Part shown: positions 1-9,427 of the stretch, piece by piece
Position numbering within the stretch: the first letter of the stretch is position 1
Layout: each line of letters opens with the position of its first letter
NCBI GenBank assembly: GCA_963755125.1
Contig: CAVWIP010000017.1
Coordinates: forward strand, 384,001-448,000
Direction: 5' to 3'
Length of the DNA stretch: 64,000 nt
Source: an uncultured delta proteobacterium
GTDB lineage: Bacteria > Myxococcota_A > Polyangia > Fen-1088
Position numbers and translations under genes: made by a program
The notes under the pieces: model-generated
Seen by the model: only the letters and a program-made list of their open reading frames with translations
Told to the model about the DNA's origin: nothing
Databases searched by the model: none

Positions 1-797
1 CGTCCGAATTTCTCGTGCATTCCCTCGTCGGAAAGATAGGTGATGTGGGCCAGCATGCGCGCCGCCGCCAGTCCGGCCGCGGGCCCCTCGCGGTCGTAGT
101 AGTCGCCGCCCGCAAAATTGGGATCGTTGAGGATGCAGTAGCGGCCCACGGCGTTGAAGGCCAGACCCTGCACCGATAGGCGCGCGCTGGCCGCCAGAAC
201 CACCGAGCGTTCGACCCGGTCGGGGTGCGCGAGCGCCATCTCGAGCGCCTGCTGGCCACCGAGCGAGCCTCCCACCACCGCTTGCAAGCGGTCGATGCCG
301 AGCGCATCGAGAAGGCGCATGTGCAGGTTGACCCAGTCGCGCACCGTGACCATGGGGAAGCGCAAGCCATAGGGTTTCCCCGTCGAGGGATCGCTCGATG
401 ATGGCCCTGTGGTGCCGTAACACCCTCCCAGCACATTGGGGCAGATGACGAACAGCCGGTTGGTGTCGATGGCCTTGCCTGGCCCCACGATGGCGTCCCA
501 CCAGCCCGGTTTCTTCTGTCGCCAGGTGCGGCCAGTCTCGGCCGCGCGGCGGTCCCAGCCCGCGACATGCGCATCCCCGGACAGTGCATGCGCGATGAAC
601 ACGACGTTGTCCTTGCTGGGCGAAAGCGATCCGTAGGTCTCGTACTCGACATCCACCGGACCGATGCTGCCGCCCAGTTCAAGCGCCAGCGATGTGTCGG
701 CAGACACAAGGCGCGTCGTCTGCGCCTCCGTCCACCCTACCGAGCCCGGAGCGTCGGGCGGAGTCAGGCGCGCTTCATCCTTTCTTGCGGGAGCCAT
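1..797 (-). CDS. metX: Homoserine O-acetyltransferase (5' part; runs off left edge)
   Basis: Manual minus-strand translation from ATG at 797: YETYGSL...HALSGDAHVAG...WWDAIVGPGKAIDTNRLFVICPNVLGGCYGTTGPSS...GGSLGG (nucleophile elbow)...ARMLAHITYLSDEGMHEKFGR. Confidence 0.93.
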   Translation of the reverse strand, partial: MAPARKDEARLTPPDAPGSVGWTEAQTTRLVSADTSLALELGGSIGPVDVEYETYGSLSPSKDNVVFIAHALSGDAHVAGWDRRAAETGRTWRQKKPGWWDAIVGPGKAIDTNRLFVICPNVLGGCYGTTGPSSSDPSTGKPYGLRFPMVTVRDWVNLHMRLLDALGIDRLQAVVGGSLGGQQALEMALAHPDRVERSVVLAASARLSVQGLAFNAVGRYCILNDPNFAGGDYYDREGPAAGLAAARMLAHITYLSDEGMHEKFG

Positions 798-844
798 GCG
801 AATCGGTATCAGGTCCGAGCGGCCGGTGGGCGAGCCTTCGACGT

Positions 845-1291
845 CTAAATGGAATAGGTGGGGGCCTTGGCCCGCAAAGTGGCCCGATAGCGATCCGTCA
901 TATCCTGGAAATTCGTCGAGTTGTAGACGGAATCCACCGCCGTACAGGCGCGCTCCCACAACTTGACGAAGATGCAGTCCGGACCATGCGGGCACTCGGC
1001 CTGCGGGTGGTTCGCGCACAAGGTGGAAAGTGGCGGGCCTTGCAACACGCGCAGAACGTCGCCGACGGAAACCTCTGCCGGAGGGCGTGCCAGGATGTAG
1101 CCGCCTTCATTCCCGCGGCGTGATGCCACGAAGCCGCCGCGCTTGAGCTGCGCGAGGATGGCCTCGAGAAAGCGCGCAGGGATGGCTTGCGCCTTGGCGA
1201 TCTGAGAGATTGAAATGGGTCCCTGTCCGAAACGAAACGAGAGCTCGAGAACGGCTTTCAGCGCGTACCGACTTTTTTGACTCACGTTCAC
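845..1291 (-). CDS. Rrf2-family transcriptional regulator (IscR/CymR-like)
   Basis: SQKSRYAL...IAKAQAIPARFLEAILAQLKRGGFVASRRGNEGGYILARPPAEVSVGDV; three Cys in the C-terminal half (CANHPQAECPHGPDC); GTG at 1291 has AGAGGA upstream. Confidence 0.92.
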   Translation of the reverse strand: MNVSQKSRYALKAVLELSFRFGQGPISISQIAKAQAIPARFLEAILAQLKRGGFVASRRGNEGGYILARPPAEVSVGDVLRVLQGPPLSTLCANHPQAECPHGPDCIFVKLWERACTAVDSVYNSTNFQDMTDRYRATLRAKAPTYSI

Positions 1292-1337
1292 TGAAAAAGA
1301 TCCTCTTTGAAGCCCCAAGGACGCAAATCCTACCGGG

Positions 1338-1366
1338 TTGATAGTGCTGGGGGCCAGGGGTGTCAA
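1338..1366 (-). promoter_or_regulatory. Putative sigma70 promoter for rrf2-metX
   Basis: TTGACA (1366-1361), 17 nt spacer, TATCAA (1343-1338). Confidence 0.5.
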
Positions 1367-1469
1367 GGTGATAGTGCGTCGAGGATGCCTCGGTCGGCCG
1401 TGATTTTCCCCGGGATGGCAAAGGGTGCTTGCCGCACAGGCCTTGAGCCAGTGCTATACAACGGTCCCA

Positions 1470-2492
1470 GTGTCAGACATTCCTGAGCCCAACGCGCCGT
1501 CCTTGACGGGCAAAGCCCCACTCAGCGTTGCCGGGACAGTGGCCATCCTGGGCAGGCCCAACGTGGGCAAGTCCACCTTGCTCAACCGGATCGTCGGCGA
1601 GAAGCTGGCCATCGTCACGCCCAAGCCGCAGACCACCCGCACGCGCATCGTCGGCGTGTGGAACGGCGAGGCCGAGTTGCCCGCCACCGATCCGCGCGCA
1701 GGGCAGGGACCGGTGAGGGGCCAGATCGTGTTCGTAGATACCCCGGGCGTACACGAGGCGCGCTCCGAGTTGAACCGTTTCATGGTGCGCGAGGCGATGG
1801 CGACCATCGACCAGGTGGACGCAGCCTTGCTCGTGGTGGAGGCTCACCCGCTCACCAGCGCATTTTCTCCGGCTGCCGCGGCGTTGCCCGAGGGCGAGCG
1901 GCGTATCATCGAGCGGCTGACGGAAACCAAACGGCCTACCGTACTGGCCCTCAACAAGGTCGACAAGGTCAAGGACAAGGCCCAGCTGCTTCCTGTGCTC
2001 GACTGGTGGATCAAAGAGTATGCCTTTCCGGCGGTGGTGCCCACCTGTGCGGCCCGCGGCAAGGGCGTGGAAGACATCGTGCGCGAACTGCTGGGTCTTT
2101 TGCCCGAGAGGCCGCCTCTTTATGAGCCCGACGTGCTCACCGATCGGACGGAACGCTTCTTGGCCGGTGAGCTGATCCGGGAGCAGCTCTTCCTCCGGCT
2201 GCGCCAGGAACTGCCCTACGCCACGGCGGTTCTGGTCGAGACCTGGACCGATCGCCCGACCGGTGACACGGTCATCGAGGCATCGATCGTGGTGGAGCGC
2301 GAAAGCCAGAAGGCCATCGTGGTGGGCAGGCATGGCTCCATGATTCGCGACGTGGGTACGGCTGGACGCCAGGAGATCGCGAAGTTTCTTGGCCGCCCGG
2401 TTCATCTGCGCCTGAACGTGCGCGTGGAAGAAGACTGGACCAACTCGCGCAGCGAGATCGCGCGCCTGGGCTACGAGGACGGAACCCGGTGA
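1470..2492 (+). CDS. era: GTPase Era
   Basis: GRPNVGKSTL, PKPQTTR, DTPG, NKVD, C-terminal KH domain (QELPYA, IVVGRHGSMIRDVG); start uncertain (1425 or 1470). Confidence 0.96.
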   Translation: MSDIPEPNAPSLTGKAPLSVAGTVAILGRPNVGKSTLLNRIVGEKLAIVTPKPQTTRTRIVGVWNGEAELPATDPRAGQGPVRGQIVFVDTPGVHEARSELNRFMVREAMATIDQVDAALLVVEAHPLTSAFSPAAAALPEGERRIIERLTETKRPTVLALNKVDKVKDKAQLLPVLDWWIKEYAFPAVVPTCAARGKGVEDIVRELLGLLPERPPLYEPDVLTDRTERFLAGELIREQLFLRLRQELPYATAVLVETWTDRPTGDTVIEASIVVERESQKAIVVGRHGSMIRDVGTAGRQEIAKFLGRPVHLRLNVRVEEDWTNSRSEIARLGYEDGTR

Positions 2493-3892
2493 GCAGACGA
2501 AGCCGCCGGTCAGCCGACGATCCCTCCTTGCCAGTCGTGTCTTTGGTGGGACGGCCCAACGTGGGCAAGTCGTCGCTGTTCAACCGCTTGGTGGGCGGCC
2601 AGCCTGCGCTGGTCGAGGACATGCCAGGCGTGACGCGCGATCGGCGCTATGGCGTGTGCGATTGGTCCGGCGTGCGGTTCCGGCTGACCGACACCGGCGG
2701 CCTGGATCCGGGCGCCAGCGGGATTCTGGGGGCGATGCGCTCGCAAACCCTGCGCGCGGTGGAGGAGGCGGCGGTCTTGATTCTCGTGCTCGACGTGAAG
2801 GAAGGCATCACGCCAGTCGACCAAGAGGTCGCTCAGCTCTTGCGGCGCACGGGCAAGCCCGTCCTGGTCGCGGCCAACAAGGTGGACTCGGCGACACGCG
2901 AGCCAAGCATGGGCGAGGTGTTTCGCCTCGGGTTTGACCAGGTTTTCGCGGTGTCGGCCGCACACGGACGCGGCGTGGGCGATCTGCTCGACGCCACGGT
3001 CGCCGCTCTGGGCGGTGCGGCCTCGCCGGTCGCTTCCGTCGAACAAGGCGACCCGGCGGAGGCGGACGGCGAGAGCGCACCCATCCGACTGGCCTTTGTT
3101 GGCAAGCCCAACGTGGGCAAATCCTCCCTGGTCAATCGCCTGCTTGGGGAGGAGAGGGTGCTGGTGCACGACCAGCCAGGCACCACCCGTGACCCGATCG
3201 ACACACCCTTCACCTGGCAGGGGCGCGAGTTCGTGCTGGTGGACACCGCGGGCCTGCGGCGTCGTCGCGCCATCGACACGCTGACCGAGGCGGTGTCAGC
3301 GAAGATGGCGCGTGACCAACTCGCGCGCGCAGACGTCGTGGCCCTGGTCATCGATGCCCAGAGCGGTGCCACGGCCGAAGATGCGAAACTGGCCAGCTTC
3401 ATTGAGGAGTCGGGTCGGGCAGCTCTCATCGTGGTCAACAAGGGCGACCTCATCCGTCGGGCCGAGATAGACAAGCGGGTTGCCGCTGTCCGCGAGGAAC
3501 TCGGCTTCATGGCGTGGGCGCCGGTGGTGGTGACTTCTGCGGTCACCGGGCGTGGCGCAGGCGATATTCTGCGGATTGCAGCCGACGTATTTGCACAATG
3601 GTGTCGAAGGGTTGTTACATCTGAGTTAAACAAACACTTCGAAGATATCGTAACCCGCAGGCCGCCCCCTGCCGGGCCGGGCGGACGCTATGTCCGCCTC
3701 TACTACATCACCCAGGCACAGACCAGCCCGCCGTCCTTTTTCGTCAGCGCCAACTACCCCGCGGCCGTGGGATTGCCCTACCGCCGCTACCTGACGAACC
3801 AGCTCAGGGACATCTACGGGTTCGAGGGATCGCCCTTGCGCCTCGTTCTGCGCGTCCACAAGGGCAAGAAACCCGCGCGAAAGGCAGGCTAG
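2489..3892 (+). CDS. der: Ribosome biogenesis GTPase Der (EngA)
   Basis: Two G domains (GRPNVGKSSLFN...DTGG...NKVD; GKPNVGKSSLVN...DTAG...NKGD) and a KH-like C-terminus; overlaps era stop. Confidence 0.97.
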   Translation: MSRRSRRSADDPSLPVVSLVGRPNVGKSSLFNRLVGGQPALVEDMPGVTRDRRYGVCDWSGVRFRLTDTGGLDPGASGILGAMRSQTLRAVEEAAVLILVLDVKEGITPVDQEVAQLLRRTGKPVLVAANKVDSATREPSMGEVFRLGFDQVFAVSAAHGRGVGDLLDATVAALGGAASPVASVEQGDPAEADGESAPIRLAFVGKPNVGKSSLVNRLLGEERVLVHDQPGTTRDPIDTPFTWQGREFVLVDTAGLRRRRAIDTLTEAVSAKMARDQLARADVVALVIDAQSGATAEDAKLASFIEESGRAALIVVNKGDLIRRAEIDKRVAAVREELGFMAWAPVVVTSAVTGRGAGDILRIAADVFAQWCRRVVTSELNKHFEDIVTRRPPPAGPGGRYVRLYYITQAQTSPPSFFVSANYPAAVGLPYRRYLTNQLRDIYGFEGSPLRLVLRVHKGKKPARKAG

Positions 3893-3916
3893 CTTCAGGC
3901 TTGCGAGCAGCCCCGG

Positions 3917-4459
3917 CTAGAAGACTCGTCCGATGCGCAGGCCGGCACAGGCCCACCACGGCTGGGTGCCACCAGGCCCCCTGAGGCGCAGGGCGAAGTA
4001 GTCAAAGCGGGCCAGAGCTGCCAGGGTCCAGCGCCGCGAGAGTAGATATTCTGCGCCCAGCCCCACTTGCGGCCCGAGGCGCTGCGAGCTAGCGCCGTCG
4101 CCGCGCAGGTCAGCCAGGCTGACCCCCAGATCCAGAAAAGGCACCCAGCGCACCACATCCAGAGAGTAGGTCATGCCCAAGGAAGCTGCCGTCACATGAG
4201 CCGGATCGCCTGACCCCGTCTTGGGCTGCCAGGAACTGCCAACTGCCGCGCGGCCGGCCCAGGAGTCTGTGAACCCCATCATGGCCTCGACGCCTGCCTG
4301 CATTCCGGGGCGTGCGCTGTCATCGGTCCCGGCCAGGGCGAACCCGAGAGAAGCAGAAATCTGTTTTTCACCCGGGCCTGTCGCGCGCGCCGGACCGGGC
4401 GCCGCACATGGAATGACGAGGGTTGCCATCAGCAGACCCCTGAAGATACGGCCGGGCAT
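3917..4459 (-). CDS. Small outer-membrane beta-barrel-like protein
   Basis: Signal peptide, alternating amphipathic strands (VPFLDLGVS, GLGAEYLL), C-terminal Phe. Confidence 0.6.
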   Translation of the reverse strand: MPGRIFRGLLMATLVIPCAAPGPARATGPGEKQISASLGFALAGTDDSARPGMQAGVEAMMGFTDSWAGRAAVGSSWQPKTGSGDPAHVTAASLGMTYSLDVVRWVPFLDLGVSLADLRGDGASSQRLGPQVGLGAEYLLSRRWTLAALARFDYFALRLRGPGGTQPWWACAGLRIGRVF

Positions 4460-4518
4460 GTTCCGCAGTGTACAAGGTCAGTTGACCCGGCCCTATCCCT
4501 CTGTTATCTCCTCACCCC

Positions 4519-5271
4519 GTGGCCCGCTCCATCAATCGCAAAGAGTTGAAGCAACCGGACGAGTTCGTCAGTTTCTGGACGCGACTCGGTTCCTCCATTT
4601 CCGCCCACCGTGGCAAGGTCATCGCGTCCTTCGCGATCGTGGTGGTGGGGGCCGGCGGCACTTGGGGGGGCATGGCTTGGAAGCAGCACCTGGCCACTGA
4701 AGAAACCGAGGCTTTTTCGCGCATCGAGAAGACGGCACTGGCGCCGCTGCTGCCCGAGAAGACCGAGGAGACCAAGCCGGCTGACGACGAAGACGAGGGC
4801 ATGCGGTTCAAGACTGAGCAGGAGCGACTACTGGCCACCGTCACGGAAGCCGATGCCTTTCTGGCCGCGCATGGTTCTTCCGGCCTTGCCCGGCTGGCCT
4901 CGCTCATCAAGGCCAATGCTCTGCTCCGCCTCGGCAAGAGTGCGGACGCGGCCACGGCCTACCAGCAACTTTTGCAGGGCGAGGCCGACAAGGGCATGCG
5001 CCTGGTCGAACAGGACGGGCTGGCATTGGAACTCGAGGCTCAGGGCCAGATCGACAAGGCCATCGAGATGTACAGCACCATGGCCAGCGAGGCTGAGCAG
5101 GTAGGGAACTTCTATGCCGATCGGGCCCTGTACGCCAAGGCGCGCTTGCTGCAGAAGCAGGGCAAGGGCAAGGACGCGGAGAAGGTTCTGCGCGAGATCT
5201 TGGACAAGATGCCCAAGACCTCGTTGCGCAGGGACATCGATGACCGCTTGGCCGCGCTGGGCGACCAGTAG
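4519..5271 (+). CDS. YfgM-like membrane-anchored TPR protein
   Basis: ELKQPDEF N-terminus, single TM helix, TPR-like helices; lies between der and a BamB-like gene. Confidence 0.75.
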   Translation: MARSINRKELKQPDEFVSFWTRLGSSISAHRGKVIASFAIVVVGAGGTWGGMAWKQHLATEETEAFSRIEKTALAPLLPEKTEETKPADDEDEGMRFKTEQERLLATVTEADAFLAAHGSSGLARLASLIKANALLRLGKSADAATAYQQLLQGEADKGMRLVEQDGLALELEAQGQIDKAIEMYSTMASEAEQVGNFYADRALYAKARLLQKQGKGKDAEKVLREILDKMPKTSLRRDIDDRLAALGDQ

Positions 5272-5281
5272 CGAGCGGTTG

Positions 5282-6445
5282 ATGTTGTTCTTGCGTCAAC
5301 TCGCGGCTCGGCCTGGCCGCACGGTGAGTCTGTTCCTGGTTCTGTGGTTTTGCGGCTGCGGAAGTGGCGCTCTTCATCGCGCGACCGAGGAGCGGCATGA
5401 GTATCCGGCCGGCGTCGTCCAGATGCGCTGGCGCGTGCCTATCCATCCCTATCCCGCCAGCGAAGCGCAGCCCGAAGAATGTGCCACAGGCGCTCTGGTC
5501 GATTCACGTCTGATCCTGGGCTCGCGAGCGGGCCATGTGGCGGCGGTGGACACGGCGACCGGTCGTTTGATTTGGTCCGTACCGATAGCGGGAGGTGTGG
5601 AAGGTGAGGCGCGCTTCGATCGGGCGCGCAGTCAGGTCTACCTGGGCACCGACGACGGAGTTCTCTACGCCATCGACCCGCAGGACGGGAAGATTCGCTG
5701 GTCATACAAAGGCAAGGGCTCGGTCGAGCGCCAGCCCGAGTTGGGAGCAACCCTGGTCTACTTCGCCAGCGCCGCGAACCGCACGGTCGCGCTGGAAGCA
5801 GCCACGGGCAAGAAGCGGTGGCAGTACGAACGTGACACGCCCGAAGGGTTCAGCATCCACGGCCACGCGGGGCCGCGCCTGGGCGGTGACGTCCTTTACA
5901 CCGGATTCGATGATGGGTATCTGGTGGCGCTGGGCGCCCAGACCGGGGAACTGCGCTGGGCCCGCTCCCTGGCCGCGGCTTCCGATCAATTCGTGGACGT
6001 GGATTCGACCCCCGTCTTGTCCGGTGATCTGCTCGTTGCGGCCTCGTACTCGGGAGGCCTGTATGCGTTGCGGGCCAGAGACGGCGATGTGATCTGGCGC
6101 TTGGGGGTGGAGGGCGCCGTGGCCATTCGGGTTGGGTCGAACCGGTTGTACGTGGCATCCCCTCGGGATGGTCTGGCCGCGGTGACGATGCAAGGACGCA
6201 TCGAATGGCGTCAGGGCATGGCCGATGCTGGCGATTTGACCCCGCCCCAGGAAGTGGGCCCGTATCTGGTTTTCACGGGTGGCCGGGCTGGTTTGTTCGT
6301 GGTGGACCGATTGAACGGTCAGCTCCTGCAGGTGTTCGACCCGGGTCGTGGAATGTGCGCGGCACCCCTCATCGACGGTGAGCGACGCGAGATTTACGTG
6401 CTTGCCAATACCGGAACTCTGTACGCTCTGTCTTTGATCTGGTGA
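5282..6445 (+). CDS. BamB-like PQQ-repeat beta-propeller lipoprotein
   Basis: Repeated A(L/V/I)DxxTG(K/E/R)xxW blades; lipobox-like FCGC; ATG at 5282 follows the upstream stop. Confidence 0.8.
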   Translation: MLFLRQLAARPGRTVSLFLVLWFCGCGSGALHRATEERHEYPAGVVQMRWRVPIHPYPASEAQPEECATGALVDSRLILGSRAGHVAAVDTATGRLIWSVPIAGGVEGEARFDRARSQVYLGTDDGVLYAIDPQDGKIRWSYKGKGSVERQPELGATLVYFASAANRTVALEAATGKKRWQYERDTPEGFSIHGHAGPRLGGDVLYTGFDDGYLVALGAQTGELRWARSLAAASDQFVDVDSTPVLSGDLLVAASYSGGLYALRARDGDVIWRLGVEGAVAIRVGSNRLYVASPRDGLAAVTMQGRIEWRQGMADAGDLTPPQEVGPYLVFTGGRAGLFVVDRLNGQLLQVFDPGRGMCAAPLIDGERREIYVLANTGTLYALSLIW

Positions 6446-7141
6446 CTAGACCCGCAAAGGCGTTTGCAGACTGGTCAGCCTACGCACCAGTTCCTTGATG
6501 CGCCGGCCGCCGCCGGCGTCACGCGCGCGCCACTCGATGCCGAAGACGTTCTGGTTGCCAGACTTTCCCGTCCAGGCCACGCGACCGATGAAGGCCATGG
6601 GCACTTCGGCGCCTGGCGGCGCGATTTCCAACACCACCCGCTCTTGGATGGCCACGGTCGCGGACGACAGCACGAAGGCGCCGCCGCGCCCCACGTCGCG
6701 CAGGTGCCCGTCAAACCCTTCCAGCCTGCCGACCGGTCGCCAGGAAATGGGCAGGTCCACCGGGATACGCTCGTGTCGCCGACGGCTGTGCGCGCTCGTC
6801 CCGGCCCGGGCGAGATCGAGCAAGTACTCCCACTTGGCTCGTTCGCTGGCCAGAAACTCGACACCGATGCCGGCCCGGATCTTCAGGATGTGTCGTCCGG
6901 GCCGCCGCCAGGCGACCCGTCCGTAGACCATCATAGGGGGTTGTCGGCGACCGAGGCGAACCTTGACCGCCACCATCTCGCCGATGGGGATGTTGCGGCG
7001 AGTGGGGCAAAAAACACCGCCATTTCCGCCCGAAGGCTGGAAACCGGCGAGAAACTCCCGTGTGTTCTTCACGACAAGCTCAGGGAAGCTGGCGGCGCCG
7101 GAGGGAGCCGACGAGATATCATCCTTGCGATCCCTGGACAT
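6446..7141 (-). CDS. Tandem PilZ-domain protein
   Basis: RRRHERIPV...RDVGRGGAF in the second domain; GGVFCPT...GRVAWRR...GIGVEF in the first; start 7141 or 7165. Confidence 0.8.
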   Translation of the reverse strand: MSRDRKDDISSAPSGAASFPELVVKNTREFLAGFQPSGGNGGVFCPTRRNIPIGEMVAVKVRLGRRQPPMMVYGRVAWRRPGRHILKIRAGIGVEFLASERAKWEYLLDLARAGTSAHSRRRHERIPVDLPISWRPVGRLEGFDGHLRDVGRGGAFVLSSATVAIQERVVLEIAPPGAEVPMAFIGRVAWTGKSGNQNVFGIEWRARDAGGGRRIKELVRRLTSLQTPLRV

Positions 7142-7192
7142 TGTTTTTGTTCTACCGACAGGCATGCTACGCCTTTGAGGAGTTGATACACC

Positions 7193-8302
7193 CTGCAAAC
7201 CGAAGATTTCAACTACCAGCTGCCGTCTCGATTGGTTGCCACGCAGCCCGCGCCCCGGCGGGACGAATCGCGCTTGCTGATTCTTAGCCGAGACACGGGC
7301 GAGCGCAATCATGCACTTTTCGCAGACATCGCTCGCTTCTTGCGCCCGCGTTCTTTGCTGGTGGTGAACGACACGCGCGTCATTCCGGCGCGACTATCAG
7401 GAACCAAGTCCACCGGCGGCCAGGTTGAGGTTCTCCTGGTCGAGAGGTTGTTGTCTGAGGGCGATGGTGACTGCATCGGCGACGGCGGCTGGCGTGAGGA
7501 CTGGCGTGCACTGGCGCGCGGGCTGGGCCGGCAGCCGGCAGGCGCGCGCCTGCGGTTCTCGGGTGATGTGCAGGCCGAGATTCTTGGGCGCGGGCCTCGG
7601 GGAGAGGTCGAGCTTCGTTTTTCGGGGCCGGGCCAGGGCGGCTTGCTGACTTGCATCGAGGCGATCGGCTCGGTTCCGCTGCCGCCGTACATCGAGGCTG
7701 CACGAAAAGAGCGGGGCACTGCGGTTCGGGCGGCCGACGACAGGGCTCGCTACCAGACGGTCTATGCGCGCCAACCGGGCGCGGTCGCGGCTCCCACCGC
7801 GGGCCTGCATTTTACCGAGGAGCTTCTCCGCAGACTGCAGGCCGCGGGCCACGAGATCGCGCGCATCACCTTGCACGTGGGGCCTGGCACCTTTCGTCCG
7901 GTCGCTACCTCGGACCCCACCCAGCATCGCCTGGATGCCGAACGCTACGAGGTCTCCGACGCTGCCGCCGAGAGCGTGCGCCGGGCCCAAGAGCAAGGTC
8001 GGCCCATCGTGGCGGTGGGCACGACGGTGGTGCGAACCTTGGAGACACTGGCCCGGATCGGCGCGCTGGCTGCCGGCTGTGGTTCGACCCGCCTCTTGCT
8101 CTTGCCGGGGAGCGAGTTCCGCGTGGTGACCGATCTGGTGACCAACTTCCACTTGCCCCGCTCGTCGCTGCTCATGCTGGTAGCTGCTTTTGTTGGTCGC
8201 GAGCGCGTGCTGGATGCGTACCACGACGCCATCGAACGCGGGTACCGGTTCTACAGCTACGGCGACGCCATGTTCATCCGTCCCGGGAGTCTGCCCCAAT
8301 GA
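7193..8302 (+). CDS. queA: S-adenosylmethionine:tRNA ribosyltransferase-isomerase
   Basis: QTEDFNYQLP, VVNDTRVIPARL, PLPPYI, YQTVYA...GAVAAPTAGLHF, LHVGPGTF, TNFHLPRSSL, YRFYSYGDAM; probable CTG start at 7193. Confidence 0.96.
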   Translation: MQTEDFNYQLPSRLVATQPAPRRDESRLLILSRDTGERNHALFADIARFLRPRSLLVVNDTRVIPARLSGTKSTGGQVEVLLVERLLSEGDGDCIGDGGWREDWRALARGLGRQPAGARLRFSGDVQAEILGRGPRGEVELRFSGPGQGGLLTCIEAIGSVPLPPYIEAARKERGTAVRAADDRARYQTVYARQPGAVAAPTAGLHFTEELLRRLQAAGHEIARITLHVGPGTFRPVATSDPTQHRLDAERYEVSDAAAESVRRAQEQGRPIVAVGTTVVRTLETLARIGALAAGCGSTRLLLLPGSEFRVVTDLVTNFHLPRSSLLMLVAAFVGRERVLDAYHDAIERGYRFYSYGDAMFIRPGSLPQ

Positions 8303-9417
8303 GTGCCGCATTTGTCGTGCAGGCACGCTGTGGTGAAGCGCGCGCCGGGCTGCTGCAGACCAACCACGGCCCGGTCGAGACGCCCGCGTTCATGCCGGTG
8401 GGTACGCAGGCCACGGTGAAGTCGCTGGCATCCGGCGATCTGGAAGCGCTCGGGGCGCGGATCGTCTTGGCCAACACCTATCACCTGGCCATGCGTCCAG
8501 GGGCTCGGCTGGTGCGCGACCTGGGTGGGTTGCACGCCTTCATGTCCTGGCCACGCGCCATCCTCACGGATTCAGGTGGCTATCAGGTGTTCAGCCACCA
8601 GGGGCGTTGCAAGATCGACGACGATGGCGTGACCTTCCATTCGCATGTCGACGGCAGCGCGCAGCGCCTGACGCCCGAGTCGGCCATGGCCATCCAGGCC
8701 GATCTGGGCAGCGACATCGCCATGGCTTTCGACGAGTGCCCGGCCTCACATGCCTCCGGCGAGGTATTGCGTCGGGCGATGGAGCGCACCACGCGCTGGG
8801 CGCGCCGCTGCGTGGCCGCCAGCCCCGCGCCCGGGCAACTGCGCTTCGCTATCGTGCAAGGGGGCACAGATATCGGCTTGCGCGCGGAACACCTGGCCGC
8901 GATCGCCGAGATGTCGTTTGACGGGGTAGCGCTGGGCGGGCTCAGCGTGGGGGAACCGCCCGAGACGATGCACGCGGTGGTGCGCCAGATCGCGCCACGC
9001 ATGCCGGATGCGCGTCCTCGCTATCTGATGGGTGTGGGAACCCCGGCCGATCTTCTGGCTGCCATCACCTCGGGCATCGACATGTTTGACTGCGTGATGC
9101 CGACGCGCGCCGCACGCAACGGTCGTCTGTTCGCGCGCGGGGGCCACATCAACATCGCGAATGCGGTTCATTGCACTTCCGCGCTCCCCATCGAAGAAGG
9201 CTGTCGCTGCGAGGCTTGTCGGCGCTACAGCCGCGCCTATCTGGCGCACCTTTTTCGCGTGAAGGAAATCCTCTACTACCGGCTCGCGACCCTGCACAAC
9301 CTCGAGTACTATCTGTCGCTGGTGCGTGGCGCGCGTCAGGCGATCGTGGATGGCCGGCTGTCCGAATACGTCGCGCAGCGGACCGTCCCCCTTGGAACTG
9401 GTGAGAAGATCTGCTAG
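8299..9417 (+). CDS. tgt: tRNA-guanine transglycosylase
   Basis: ETPAFMPVGT, LANTYHL, LTDSGGYQVFS, GGLSVGE, RYLMGVG, DMFDCVMPTR, zinc site CRCEAC...H; ATGA overlap with queA. Confidence 0.97.
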   Translation: MSAAFVVQARCGEARAGLLQTNHGPVETPAFMPVGTQATVKSLASGDLEALGARIVLANTYHLAMRPGARLVRDLGGLHAFMSWPRAILTDSGGYQVFSHQGRCKIDDDGVTFHSHVDGSAQRLTPESAMAIQADLGSDIAMAFDECPASHASGEVLRRAMERTTRWARRCVAASPAPGQLRFAIVQGGTDIGLRAEHLAAIAEMSFDGVALGGLSVGEPPETMHAVVRQIAPRMPDARPRYLMGVGTPADLLAAITSGIDMFDCVMPTRAARNGRLFARGGHINIANAVHCTSALPIEEGCRCEACRRYSRAYLAHLFRVKEILYYRLATLHNLEYYLSLVRGARQAIVDGRLSEYVAQRTVPLGTGEKIC

Positions 9418-9427
9418 CGCTGTGGTC

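Noticed and set aside
7651..8298. Long N-terminal extension of tgt in the ORF track (588 aa)
   Set aside because: It overlaps queA in another frame; Tgt homology begins at ATG 8299.
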